Shown piece after piece: positions 1 to 10,170 of a stretch of 64,000 bases of DNA. The position numbers and the translations under genes were made by a program. Numbering within the stretch: the stretch's first letter is position 1; the number at the start of each line of letters is the position of its first letter. This DNA comes from an uncultured bacterium (GTDB lineage: Bacteria > Krumholzibacteriota > Krumholzibacteriia > LZORAL124-64-63): contig CAVSGO010000005.1 in assembly GCA_963727525.1 (NCBI GenBank), positions 352,001 to 416,000 on the forward strand, in the 5' to 3' direction. The notes under the pieces are model-generated. The model saw only the letters and a list, made by a program, of their open reading frames with translations, ran no database searches and was not told the origin of the DNA.

Positions 1-788
1 AAGGGTTTGTGCAGTACGTGCCACCAATGGAAGAGGTCCCGGACGAGGTTGAAGAAGAACATACGGCGCGAGAGCAACACCCACCGACGTGCCGTGGCGA
101 ATCCGCGTGGTCCCAGGTCCATCCCAATTCCTAGTAACCAAGTTCGCAATTGTCGGGCCAACGTGGCATTGACGAATGGCAGACTCAGGAGGGCGAGAAT
201 GGACGGACGGCCCTCCAGCTGGCCCATTGCCACCCGCTCGAGTCCGGCAAGGGCCCGGTCATCCATCCCGTGCTCGGTGGACAGCGCCACGAGCATCGAC
301 TCGCCGCGCTCTTCGACCTCGGACAGGGTCAACGCGTCTCCGAGCACGTTGCGCGGGATCTGCTGGTAGAGAAACCGCCCGATGACCCCGCTCGCGGCCA
401 CGGCGATCATCGACCAGTAGCTGACGGCCACGAGGCCATCCACCTTGAACGCCGTGTGCAGGGTGATCAGCACCGGCCCCGCGACACCAAGGAAAATATG
501 ATACCGCAACCAGATACGCAGATTGCCCCAGTGTTGCATAGCGCGCACGCGCTTGCGCAGCGAGTACAGCAGCAAGAGCAGGATCATCGCGCTGCCGATG
601 ATGCCCAGCCCGTGCCCCACGTCGCCGGCGGAGCGATAAAGGAGGTAGCCGGAACTCCGTGGCCGCTCGAGAAGAGGCGTCCGGTAGTAGTCGAAGGCGT
701 GCCAGACGGTATGGAAGACGACGAGCCCGACGGCCAGGCTCAGGATCGCGATGATCGTCCGATGAACGATGTCCGCGGTTCGGTTCAT
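1..788 (-). CDS. Multi-pass membrane protein with His-bearing helices (cytochrome b / ferric-reductase-like TM family); runs off the window edge
   Basis: Not in the ORF track because no stop falls in the window. Manual translation from ATG 788: MNRTADIVHRTIIAILSLAVGLVVF...GHGLGIIGSAMILLLLLYSLRKR...WLRYHIFLGVAGPVLITLHTAFK...DLFHWWHVLHKP, open to position 1. Confidence 0.8.
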   Translation of the reverse strand, partial: MNRTADIVHRTIIAILSLAVGLVVFHTVWHAFDYYRTPLLERPRSSGYLLYRSAGDVGHGLGIIGSAMILLLLLYSLRKRVRAMQHWGNLRIWLRYHIFLGVAGPVLITLHTAFKVDGLVAVSYWSMIAVAASGVIGRFLYQQIPRNVLGDALTLSEVEERGESMLVALSTEHGMDDRALAGLERVAMGQLEGRPSILALLSLPFVNATLARQLRTWLLGIGMDLGPRGFATARRWVLLSRRMFFFNLVRDLFHWWHVLHKP

Positions 789-901
789 GCTTCGCATTGC
801 TCCCGACGTTCACCCCCGGCACCAGGTCGGGAGCGGGAATCCGCATCGCAAGCATCGGACCGACTAAAGAGATCTTGAGCTTCAACTGCCAATCGACGCG
901 C

Positions 902-2053
902 CTATTCGCGGATCGCCCCCGCGACGCCGATGTCCCCCGGGTTCGACACGATGGCCCCGACATCCAGCCCTCGCCGCACAATCTGGTAGACTCGCTCGGT
1001 GGCCACCACCTGGGCCTCGTGGGTGAAGCAGGCTGCGACCCTGACACGGCCGCGGGCGCCGAGTTCCAGCCGCAGCGCTCGATCGGAGAGGATCCGACGC
1101 AGGGCGCGGGCAAGGGCTCGCGCGTCGTCGGGAGGCACGAGCAGGCCCTCGCGGCCATCGCGGATGATCTCCCGGCTGCCGCCCGACACCGTGGCCACGA
1201 CCGGGACACCACGGGCCAGCGCCTCGATGGTGACCAGCCCGAAGGGCTCCGCGCGGGAAGGCACCACCTGCACATCGAACGCCGCCGACAACCGGTCCGC
1301 GCCATGCCGGTAACCGAGGAAGCACGCCACGTCGTTCAGTCCGAGACGTGCCACGAGGCCCTCGAGCTCCCGCCGGTAGGCGCCGCCGCAGGAATCGGCG
1401 CCCACGATCGCCAGGCGCAGGCCAGGCAGGAGCCCATGGATTGCCGCCACGGCCTCGACGAGCGTCGCCACCCCCTTGCTCGGGCACAGTCGCCCCACGT
1501 AGCCGATCACGAGGTCGTCCGCTGCGAGGCCGAGTTCGGCGCGTATTGCCGCCGGAGCCACCACAGGCGGGGTCCCGACGCCATTGGGAATGGTGACGAC
1601 GCGGCACGCCGGCCATCGCGTGGCCAGCAGACCGTCGCTCACGGCCTGGCTCACGGCGATCATGGCGCGCACGCGGTGCAGGAATGGGGCCTTGAGACGC
1701 GGAAAGGCGATCGGTTCCAGCCGGTGCCGGGTGCCGACGAGCGCGCTGGGCATGCCCAGCGTGGCCATGGCGGCCATGTAGTAGTCTCGGGGGCTGTGTG
1801 CGTGCAGGATATCCGGCTGCAACCGGCGCAGGGCACGCCGCAGCGCGAACATGCCCCAGGGCTCGTACCAGTCGCGGAGCCGGATCGTGCTCGTAGCCAC
1901 CCCGGCCGCCGCCAGTTCACGCGCCAGGGCGCTACCCGGCATGGCGATGACATGCACCACGTGGCCCCGGTCGCGCAGCGCCACGGCGAGATCGCGAAGG
2001 TGCACCTCGCCGCCGTAGAAGGCTCGCTGGGAACTCAGATGTACGATACGCAT
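902..2053 (-). CDS. Glycosyltransferase family 4 (GT-B)
   Basis: N-terminal YGGE motif, PDILHAH, IPNGV, GYVGRL..KG, VPSRAEPFGLVTIEALARGVPVVAT (EX7E). Confidence 0.93.
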   Translation of the reverse strand: MRIVHLSSQRAFYGGEVHLRDLAVALRDRGHVVHVIAMPGSALARELAAAGVATSTIRLRDWYEPWGMFALRRALRRLQPDILHAHSPRDYYMAAMATLGMPSALVGTRHRLEPIAFPRLKAPFLHRVRAMIAVSQAVSDGLLATRWPACRVVTIPNGVGTPPVVAPAAIRAELGLAADDLVIGYVGRLCPSKGVATLVEAVAAIHGLLPGLRLAIVGADSCGGAYRRELEGLVARLGLNDVACFLGYRHGADRLSAAFDVQVVPSRAEPFGLVTIEALARGVPVVATVSGGSREIIRDGREGLLVPPDDARALARALRRILSDRALRLELGARGRVRVAACFTHEAQVVATERVYQIVRRGLDVGAIVSNPGDIGVAGAIRE

Positions 2054-2230
2054 GAGTCGACAATATGCCTCAATGAACGCCGCGCGCGGCCGAAAACCAC
2101 GGCATCTCTCCCGAAATTGACAGTCCGGGAATCATAGACTAGCGTGGCCCAAGCCACCATCGGGAAGATCCCTACCTCGCTCGCGTCCTGCAACGTCACG
2201 GCCACAGGCCGCACAGGATCGGGAGGCCCC

Positions 2231-3787
2231 ATGTTCGTCGCTGTCATTCGCCGCCATCGGTGGTTGCCGCTGCTGCTCTTGCTGGGCTTGATGCTGCTCT
2301 GCAGCTTGCCCATCGCCGCACTTGCCGCCCCGCACTCGTCGGCACAACCGACGACCGAGGCCGACGTGTCGTTGCCGCTGGACACCGAGCACGCGGGACT
2401 CCACGTCGACCCGGTGGGCAAGATGCCGCTATGGACGTGCCTGCCATTCGTGGGCATCCTCCTGAGCATCGCGATCTTTCCCCTCGTGGCCCCGCATTTC
2501 TGGCACCGCCACTTTCCCAAGGTGAGCGCCTTCTGGGCCCTGCTATTCGCCATACCCTTCGTGTTCGTGCTGAAGGAGGCGGCGTGGCAGTCGATCATCC
2601 ACATCTACCTGATCGACTACATCCCATTCATCATCCTGCTCTGGTCGCTGTTCACGATCAGTGGCGGCATCGTACTCGAGGGCGACCTGCGCGGCACGCC
2701 GGGCGCGAACCTGGTCGTGCTCGCCATCGGGACCTTCCTTGCGTCCTGGATCGGCACGACCGGCGCGGCCATGCTCATGATCCGGCCCATCCTGCGCGCG
2801 AACGCCTGGCGCCGCAGCCAGGTACACATCGTCTGCTTCTTCATCTTCCTGGTGGCGAACGTTGGCGGTAGTCTCACGCCGCTCGGCGACCCGCCGCTGT
2901 TTCTCGGCTTCCTGCACGGGGTGCCGTTCTTCTGGGTCACCCGCGGCCTCTTCGAGCATCTGCTCGTCACGGCCGGGATCCTGCTCATCATCTTCTACCT
3001 CGTCGATCGGCGCGCGTACCGGCTCGAGCCCGACAAGCCCGTCGCCACAGCCGGCAAGGGCGCCGGCATCCGGCTGCGCGGCACGCACAACTTCCTGTTC
3101 CTGCTGGGTGTGATGGCCGGCGTGGTCTTCTCCGGCAGCGGCGCGGCGAAGGCCATGCCCATCATCCCGATCTACGGCCACGTGGCGGTGCCTCTGGCCA
3201 ACTGGATCAAGGACGTCGTGCTCATCCTCATGGGTGTGCTCAGCCTCGCGACCACGCGCAAGGATCTGCGGGTGGCCAACGGCTTCAACTGGGAACCGAT
3301 CAAGGAAGTCGCCTACCTGTTCGCAGGCATCTTCATGACGATCATCCCGGCCCTGGCGATCCTCAAGGCCGGCACCGAGGGCGCCCTGGCCGGTCTGGTG
3401 ACGGCCGTGCAACATCCGTGGCAGTACTTCTGGGTCGCCGGCGGTCTCTCGTCGTTCCTCGATAACGCGCCCACCTATCTCACGTTCTTCAACGCGGCGC
3501 TCGGTCAGATCGGCGCCGACGAGTCGCAGGTGGCCGGCATGCTGGGCCACGGGGCCGAGATGCTGCGCAATCCGGCGTTCATCAAGACGCTGACGGCGAT
3601 CAGCGCCGGCGCGGTGTTCATGGGTGCCAATACCTACATCGGCAATGCCCCGAACTTCATGGTCAAATCCATCGCCGAGGAGTCGGGCGTCCCCATGCCG
3701 AGCTTCTTCGGCTACATGATCAAGTACTCGTTGGTCTACCTTGTCCCGGTGTTCGTCCTCGTGACGCTGGTCTTCTTCATCTTCTAA
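2231..3787 (+). CDS. Putative Na+/H+ antiporter / anion permease (DUF1646, CitMHS_2-like, IT superfamily)
   Basis: Many TM helices; motifs IGTTGAAML, ANVGGSLTPLGDPPLFLGFL, LSSFLDNAPTY, GANTYIGNAPNFMVK; GGAGG RBS before ATG 2231. Confidence 0.88.
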   Translation: MFVAVIRRHRWLPLLLLLGLMLLCSLPIAALAAPHSSAQPTTEADVSLPLDTEHAGLHVDPVGKMPLWTCLPFVGILLSIAIFPLVAPHFWHRHFPKVSAFWALLFAIPFVFVLKEAAWQSIIHIYLIDYIPFIILLWSLFTISGGIVLEGDLRGTPGANLVVLAIGTFLASWIGTTGAAMLMIRPILRANAWRRSQVHIVCFFIFLVANVGGSLTPLGDPPLFLGFLHGVPFFWVTRGLFEHLLVTAGILLIIFYLVDRRAYRLEPDKPVATAGKGAGIRLRGTHNFLFLLGVMAGVVFSGSGAAKAMPIIPIYGHVAVPLANWIKDVVLILMGVLSLATTRKDLRVANGFNWEPIKEVAYLFAGIFMTIIPALAILKAGTEGALAGLVTAVQHPWQYFWVAGGLSSFLDNAPTYLTFFNAALGQIGADESQVAGMLGHGAEMLRNPAFIKTLTAISAGAVFMGANTYIGNAPNFMVKSIAEESGVPMPSFFGYMIKYSLVYLVPVFVLVTLVFFIF

Positions 3788-3798
3788 GGAGTGCCGAG

Positions 3799-4410
3799 AT
3801 GACCTCGAATCAGCCCGCACCTACCACCACCCCGACCTTCAGCGAGGTGACCCTCAAGGGCTCGCCGAAAGTGGTACGCGGCTTTCTGGCCGGCGTCGCC
3901 CTCGGCAGCGGCGAGTGCCTGCCCTACTGGTTCCATCACGACGAGGACATCATCAGCGACTCCGGAGCTTCAACAGCCCACCGTGCCGCGGCTCTGCTGC
4001 ACCTGCAGACCGGGGACGTGCAGTTCGTCGCGACCGGCCCGCTGGTGAAGCTGCTACGCAAGGTGCAGCGCGAGGCGGCGGATCGCGGGATCTGCGAGCT
4101 GAACTCGATCGTGAAGATCAAGTCGGCGTCGTGCCACCTCAGCTACCGCGCCTTCGCCACCCGCTACGACGAAGAGATCCAGGCGCTCCTGCGCGATCTA
4201 CCGCGGGGCGTGAAGCTGGTCGACGTCGAACGCGAGGTGCACACCGATCCGTCGGCAAAGGGTGTCGAGGCCTACGCGCCGGCACACGACTACGAGGCGC
4301 AGGGCTCCGCGCGGTTGCAGGGACGCTTCGATCTGGTACGAGCGAAGCGGTTACAGCTGCGCGATCATCCCCTCGTCGAGGTCAAGGAACTCGTGCTGGA
4401 ACTCGTCTGA
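3799..4410 (+). CDS. Hypothetical protein, co-transcribed with the transporter
   Basis: AAGGAG RBS, host-like codon usage, 11 bp after the upstream stop, followed by a terminator. Confidence 0.75.
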   Translation: MTSNQPAPTTTPTFSEVTLKGSPKVVRGFLAGVALGSGECLPYWFHHDEDIISDSGASTAHRAAALLHLQTGDVQFVATGPLVKLLRKVQREAADRGICELNSIVKIKSASCHLSYRAFATRYDEEIQALLRDLPRGVKLVDVEREVHTDPSAKGVEAYAPAHDYEAQGSARLQGRFDLVRAKRLQLRDHPLVEVKELVLELV

Positions 4411-4427
4411 AACCAGCTACCCTCATG

Positions 4428-4468
4428 ACGACGCGGCGCAGGATCCTCCCTGCGCCGCGTCGTTTTTT
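4428..4468 (+). terminator. Rho-independent terminator between convergent genes
   Basis: Perfect 15-bp stem ACGACGCGGCGCAGG / CCTGCGCCGCGTCGT, 6-nt loop, followed by a T run. Confidence 0.88.
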
Positions 4469-4483
4469 CGGCAAAATACGAGG

Positions 4484-5095
4484 TCAGTCGAAGAGCGCCT
4501 TGACGTGGCCCCACGAGCTCGGAGCGGCGGCCACAGGCTGGCTGTTGACGCCGAACACCGGCGACGTGAACGCGTCGTTCGCGGAATAGGGCACCATCGA
4601 CTGCAGCACGCCGGCATCGGCGAGATCGATGTACGCCATCTGGCCGGGCAGCGACGGATTCAGATTATTGGGCCGCAGGTAGAGGTTTGTGACACCCGGA
4701 GCACTCAGGAAGGCGAGGGTGATCGAGCAGATCACTACATGGTCATTGGACATCGGGACGCCACTGCCATACCCGATGATCGGGTCATGGTCGGTGCCGA
4801 TGTTGATGAAGGACACGGGTGCGGAAAAATCGATCACGAAGTGACCCGGATCCGGGCTGAAATCCCAGCCGAAGTCGCAGGCCGCCAGCAGGCCCGACGG
4901 CAGGGTCGGGTGATACAGCACGAAGTAGACGGTGAACGGCGTCGTCGCCCCGACGCCGTTGATGAAGTTGTCCGCCGGCGCGTCGGCCGCCGTCAGAACG
5001 CAGAGCACGCCGTCGCCATCGTCCGGAGGCGGCGGTACCGCCAGCGCCGACGTTGCGAGAACCAGGAAGAGCAGGCACGATACCGCGTTGCGCAT
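4484..5095 (-). CDS. Secreted protein (cohesin/Ig-like beta fold?) with C-terminal SWGxVKALF tail
   Basis: AAAGGAG RBS before ATG 5095; signal peptide MRNAVSCLLFLVLATSALA; ends VAAAPSSWGHVKALFD. Confidence 0.8.
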   Translation of the reverse strand: MRNAVSCLLFLVLATSALAVPPPPDDGDGVLCVLTAADAPADNFINGVGATTPFTVYFVLYHPTLPSGLLAACDFGWDFSPDPGHFVIDFSAPVSFINIGTDHDPIIGYGSGVPMSNDHVVICSITLAFLSAPGVTNLYLRPNNLNPSLPGQMAYIDLADAGVLQSMVPYSANDAFTSPVFGVNSQPVAAAPSSWGHVKALFD

Positions 5096-5166
5096 GAGGT
5101 CTCCTTTCGAGTCTATCGGCGCGCCGCCGTCCATGGCCGGCAGCGCGCCTGATGAAAGACGCCGCG

Positions 5167-8100
5167 CTATTTCAGCAGCAGCATCTTGTTCGTGAGCGTC
5201 TTGCCGTCGGCCACGAGGCGATACACATAGAGGCCGCTGCCCACGGTGCGGCCACTGTCGTCGCGGCCGGTCCAGGTGATGGCATGCCGACCCGCCGGCA
5301 AGACATCGCTGACCAGCGTTGTCACCTTCTGGCCGCGCAGATCGTACACGCCCAGATCCACCCGCTGCGTCCGCGGCACGGAGAAGCGGATCACCGTCTG
5401 CGGATTGAACGGGTTGGGGAAGTTGCCCTCGAGCGCGACCACGGCCGGTACGGCAGCATCCTCGACGGGGGTGGCGCCCTCCGGGAAACCGAGACGCACG
5501 CACCACGAGTTCACCGTGCCGGCGTCGTACGCGCCCGAATCCACGACATGCAATGTCCACACGCCCTGGATGCTCTCGCCCACGAGCGGCGCAAGCAGTT
5601 CGTACGGCGTGAGGTCATCGGGATACCAGCCGACGATGTCGTCGTCGGTGCCGCCCTGGCCGTGGTTGTGCAGCCGCACGACGATGCCCGCCGGGCTGAC
5701 CAGGTCGACATCGAGGTCGCCGATGTACGGATGCGTGATATCCACGTACACCGCGATGTTGCTCAGCTCGCCCTGAGCATTGACGGTGATAGGGCAGGAG
5801 ATACCCGTCGTATTGTTGTCGGGGATCGCCAGTCCGGGATCGTCGCAGAAGTCTTGCGTCACGAACGGCAGGAGAGTGAAGTCCACACCCGTGACGTCGG
5901 CGCCGCTCGGCACGACCACATCGGCCGCCGCGCTCGTGTACCCGTCGCATGTGGCCACCACGTGGTAGGTAGCCGCGAAGAGACCCGGGAACGAATAGTG
6001 GCCGGTACTATCGGTCGTGGTGGTGACGTTCCCTGGAGTCAGCGTGATCACGGCACCGCCATTGTCGCCGCTTCCCGAGAGGTCCACCGCGCCGCTCAGG
6101 GAGCCGTCGCCGACCTCGGGCGTGATCAACCAGTTCACCGCGTTGTGCAAAAGCGCCTTGCGCCCCGCCGTTTCAGCGGCGCTGTAGTTCCACGAGAAGA
6201 ACACGGCCTGGCCGCCCACTGGCGACGAATTCTCGTCGTAACAGATGACGCTGGCGTCGGTCGGGAAGTTGGTCCAGTTGCCGACCATTGCCGCGCCGCT
6301 CGCGGGAATGGCTGCGTCGCTGTCGCCGTAGCCCGAGTAGCTGAGCGTGACCGGGCCCGCGATGAGGTTGGGTACGCTCATCACGTAGTGGTTCGCGTCG
6401 GCCACGCCGACGTGGCCCGCGCTGTCGTGGGTCCAGCTGGCGCAGTGCAGCACTGACTGGAAGAACGTGGCATCGGTGTACTGCATGTCGTACGCCAGTT
6501 CGCCACCCTCGAGAAGCACATGGCCACCGTTCGCCACGAACGCGAGCAGGGCGGAGCGCAGCGTGGCGTCGCTGAGCGGGCTCAGATTGTTGCCACAGGT
6601 GACGATGAGGGCGTCGTACTGGCTCCACGCCACCGGATCGGTGGCCCCTGCAGCCTCCACCGTCGCCGTATAGCCGATGTCCTCGAGATCGGCCACGATC
6701 TCCGCCAGCGAGCGGCAGGGCGGGCTGTCGTAAGCGGGCGCGATGACGTCGCGCTCCTTGTAGAGCTTGGCCGGGAACGACGTCGACTTGGCCGCACCGT
6801 TGTCGTCGATCACCAGGAGATCGCCCTCGGTGGGATCGAGCGCGAAGTCGCGTACCAGGGAGGCCGCGTCCACCGTGACGCCCACGGTCTGCGGAATGCG
6901 GCGATACGCCCGTACCAGGAGCCGGTAGTCGAAGTACGGCAGAGCCGTCGTGGCGTAGGCGCCGGTGGCGGGATCGGTGTTCGTCTCGGCATAGACCGCA
7001 CCGGTGTCGGTACGGATCACCTTCACCGACGCATCCAGGGGCGAACCGTCCTCGCTCGCGGTGATGGTGCCATTCAGGACGCCGGCCGGCGCATTCTCCA
7101 CGGTGATGCCGTGATCGTTGGCGCCATACATCAGGAAGTACGTCTCACTATAGGGCAGATACCCGAATTTCGTGACGTACAGGTCGTAGTCGCCGACCTC
7201 GAGGTCATCGGGCACGGTGTAGGTTCCCGCAGCCGTCGTCGTCAGGTCGAAGAGCGGCGTGCCGCCGGGGTCGCTGCCGGCCACGAAGCCGGTGACGCGC
7301 GCCCCGACGAGCGGCTGGCTCGACCCGTCGAGCACGGTGCCGGCAAGCGTGCCGTAGGCGGCTACGACCGGGATCGTCGTCTCGTACACCTGGTATCCCG
7401 CGCGGACGATCGCCGCCGTCACGTCGCTGAGCTCGGTGGGCGTGACGGCGAGCGTCACCTCGGTGCCCGGATCCGAGGCCATATCGTCCACACCGCCGCC
7501 GTGCACATGCAACGTCAGACCGCTCTCGGCAGCCGACCCGGTCACCGTGCCCTCGAGGTGGGGCGTGAGGCTGCCATCCAGACCGATGCTCGGCACGCCG
7601 GCCGCGATTACCGGGTGGGTCAGCGGCGTGGCGCCGGTGACCGGCAGATCCACACCGAAGATCTCGTATCCCTCGCCCACTTCCTGGCCGTGCACGACCA
7701 GCGTCTCACCGTACTGCGGCGACACGGTGATCTGAACCTGGCCCGCCGCGTTCGTCGTCGCGGGCGCGCTCGTGAAGCCGTAACCGGTGATCCACACCGC
7801 GATGTTGGCCAGGCCGTCGCCCGTGTCCGGGTCGGTGATGGTGACGGTGACGTCTGTGTTCGTGCCCACCGGCACGGTGGCCGGCACCACGGACACGTTC
7901 GCCGGTACCACGGCCTGCAGCGTGGCTTGATAGGTGAGGGTGTTGTAACCGAAGCACGTGAGCGTGACCTCGCCCACTGAGGCGATGGGCATGGCGACAT
8001 CGATGGTCGCATGCCCCGAGGCGTCGCTCACGCCCGTGCCGTGCACCACGCCGTCGGTGTACAGCGTGCAGGTGACGCCGGGAGCGCCGCAATCGACGTC

Positions 8101-9882
8101 GAAGGACGGCTGGAACAGCGGGATCACGGGCGCGTGGCTCACGGCCAGCGCAGCCGGTGTGTCCGTGCGCACCTGCATGGAGCAATCGCCAAAGAGGTTG
8201 TACTGCTCGATGAGCTGCAGACCGGTGCCCGACTGCCCGTAATCGTCGACCACCTTCATGATACCGCCCTGCACGAGCACGCCCAGGACGTTGCTCGCGT
8301 CTGTCACGAGCAGGTTCACAACCTCGGTTTGCATGACGCACGGCGGCACCCACGGCGTGCTCGTCGACGACGCGTACATACCGACGGCGCCATATGGCGC
8401 GGCCGGCGACCCGGCCCGCAGCCAGGCCTCGGCGAAGCTCTCGCTCAGGGCGGAGATGCCGCCGTTGAGGCAGGAGACGTCGATGATCCAGGGCCAGGCC
8501 GGCGTGTTGACGAGGCTGTGGACATTGCTGTTGGTGTACGACACGCTGCCCCACGAGGTGCCCGAACCGTGTCCGATGTAGTTGACGAGGCTGCGACCCT
8601 CATTGATCGCGGCGGTGATGCCCGCCGTGGTACCGCCCTGCCCCTGATAGATCCGGTCGACGTCGCTGAACGTGTAGCCCAGGAGGTCGTCTCTCAACCA
8701 GTCGGCGCGCTCGGAGTCGGTGGGCGAGCCCTCGTTGGAAGCGATGCCGGTAGCCATGTGGTACCAGTCGGCGCCCGCCTGCGGATCGCGTTCGTACTGC
8801 ACGAACTTCGTCACCTGCGTCTGCACCTGCGTGAGATTCTGCGCCGAGATACGGCTCACCAGGGCGTCGGGATACTTGTCGTTGCCCTCGAGCCAGACGT
8901 AGCGGGTGTCGTCGTTGGCGCCCTCATAGGCACCGCTCCAGCACGGTACCTGCTGCCCGTCGCCCACGAGGATCACGAAGGCCAATCCGGCAGGGCTGTC
9001 GTACCGCGTCTGGATCGCATCGAGAATGCCGGTCGTGGTGCCGCCGCAGGAACTCGAGGCGATCATCTCGACGTCGAGGCCGCGCATCTGCTTCCACTCC
9101 ACGAAGGGCTGCATCGCGCTCATGAAGGCGTCGTAGCAGACGATGAGCATCGGCCCCTCGGAGCTATTGATCTGGTACTTGCTCGCACTGTTGAAGTTCA
9201 GGAACCGATTGCTGTATAGCGCGTGGAAGGCCGCGGATTCCTCGGCTGCGTGGCGCACCTTCGGGTTCACGCCGCCCTGGCCGCTGGTGACCACGTCCAC
9301 GGTGAGGTGCTTGAGGACGCGCAGCACGCCCCGGTCGGCATCCCATTGCACGGGGTAGATCCGCAGCGTCACGCCGCGGTAGTCGCGCACGATGTATGGA
9401 TCACCGATCTCCGTCGGCGCGGTCGGGAACACGCCGCCCTGCTGGTACGGCGCGCCAAATGCGTAGGGTACCGCCGCCGGGTCCTCGGTACGCAGGATCA
9501 CGCCCTTCGACGGTTCAATGGGGTCCGTGGCGAACTCGACGTACTCCGTCTTGACCACCTGCACCGTCGGCGTGCCTTCGTCCGCGATGAGCAGGCTAGC
9601 CGTGACGTAGGGCAGCTGCGGCAGACCGCGCTCGAGGAGTTGCACATACCCGGGTAGCACGATGCTGGCGTAAGTCTTGCCGTCGATGGTCACCGGCGCC
9701 GTGTCGTAGCCGGTGAGAGTGAGGTCCACGCGCGTGCGCTGGCCGTCGAGTTGGGTCGCCGTCAGGCGCGGGGTCGACCTGTCACCACTGTCGATCCCCA
9801 CCCAGGCCGCCTGGGCGGCAGTCGCCGCCACCATGATCACGGCCATCGTGAGCAAGAAACTCCGCTTGAACCTCGGCTCCAT
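5167..9882 (-). CDS. C25 (gingipain-family) cysteine peptidase: propeptide, C25 catalytic domain, Ig/CarboxypepD_reg-like repeats, proprotein-convertase P-domain, FlgD-Ig/T9SS-like C-terminal domain
   Basis: AGGAGG RBS; signal peptide; FVILVGD, NYIGHGS (His), IDVSCLNG (Cys), YNLFGD; P-domain VDITHPYIGDLDVDLVSPAG...GVWTLHVVD; CTD NFPNPFNPQT...YDLRGQKV...WTGRDDSG...GLYVYRL...KMLLLK. Confidence 0.92.
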   Translation of the reverse strand: MEPRFKRSFLLTMAVIMVAATAAQAAWVGIDSGDRSTPRLTATQLDGQRTRVDLTLTGYDTAPVTIDGKTYASIVLPGYVQLLERGLPQLPYVTASLLIADEGTPTVQVVKTEYVEFATDPIEPSKGVILRTEDPAAVPYAFGAPYQQGGVFPTAPTEIGDPYIVRDYRGVTLRIYPVQWDADRGVLRVLKHLTVDVVTSGQGGVNPKVRHAAEESAAFHALYSNRFLNFNSASKYQINSSEGPMLIVCYDAFMSAMQPFVEWKQMRGLDVEMIASSSCGGTTTGILDAIQTRYDSPAGLAFVILVGDGQQVPCWSGAYEGANDDTRYVWLEGNDKYPDALVSRISAQNLTQVQTQVTKFVQYERDPQAGADWYHMATGIASNEGSPTDSERADWLRDDLLGYTFSDVDRIYQGQGGTTAGITAAINEGRSLVNYIGHGSGTSWGSVSYTNSNVHSLVNTPAWPWIIDVSCLNGGISALSESFAEAWLRAGSPAAPYGAVGMYASSTSTPWVPPCVMQTEVVNLLVTDASNVLGVLVQGGIMKVVDDYGQSGTGLQLIEQYNLFGDCSMQVRTDTPAALAVSHAPVIPLFQPSFDVDCGAPGVTCTLYTDGVVHGTGVSDASGHATIDVAMPIASVGEVTLTCFGYNTLTYQATLQAVVPANVSVVPATVPVGTNTDVTVTITDPDTGDGLANIAVWITGYGFTSAPATTNAAGQVQITVSPQYGETLVVHGQEVGEGYEIFGVDLPVTGATPLTHPVIAAGVPSIGLDGSLTPHLEGTVTGSAAESGLTLHVHGGGVDDMASDPGTEVTLAVTPTELSDVTAAIVRAGYQVYETTIPVVAAYGTLAGTVLDGSSQPLVGARVTGFVAGSDPGGTPLFDLTTTAAGTYTVPDDLEVGDYDLYVTKFGYLPYSETYFLMYGANDHGITVENAPAGVLNGTITASEDGSPLDASVKVIRTDTGAVYAETNTDPATGAYATTALPYFDYRLLVRAYRRIPQTVGVTVDAASLVRDFALDPTEGDLLVIDDNGAAKSTSFPAKLYKERDVIAPAYDSPPCRSLAEIVADLEDIGYTATVEAAGATDPVAWSQYDALIVTCGNNLSPLSDATLRSALLAFVANGGHVLLEGGELAYDMQYTDATFFQSVLHCASWTHDSAGHVGVADANHYVMSVPNLIAGPVTLSYSGYGDSDAAIPASGAAMVGNWTNFPTDASVICYDENSSPVGGQAVFFSWNYSAAETAGRKALLHNAVNWLITPEVGDGSLSGAVDLSGSGDNGGAVITLTPGNVTTTTDSTGHYSFPGLFAATYHVVATCDGYTSAAADVVVPSGADVTGVDFTLLPFVTQDFCDDPGLAIPDNNTTGISCPITVNAQGELSNIAVYVDITHPYIGDLDVDLVSPAGIVVRLHNHGQGGTDDDIVGWYPDDLTPYELLAPLVGESIQGVWTLHVVDSGAYDAGTVNSWCVRLGFPEGATPVEDAAVPAVVALEGNFPNPFNPQTVIRFSVPRTQRVDLGVYDLRGQKVTTLVSDVLPAGRHAITWTGRDDSGRTVGSGLYVYRLVADGKTLTNKMLLLK

Positions 9883-10170
9883 CGTGTCCTCCTGGTTTCG
9901 GCAATGCGAACGAATCAGGCGATCCATTCTACCATCCGGGAGCGGCGCACCTCAACGCGGCCCGCGCGGCGCGAGGTTGCCGGAACGGCGCACGCCGAAG
10001 CGCCAAGCAGCAACATCGTTCCGTGCATGAGGTTAGGATGATGAATGCGTGCGATCACACGCAGGTCGTCGCCATCGCCGGCCGCGCAGTCGCGCGCTCC
10101 ATAGCCGACGATCATGCTCCGGGAAAGCTCACGAAAGGATCACGCCCGCCGACGCGGCATTCAGTCTAAC

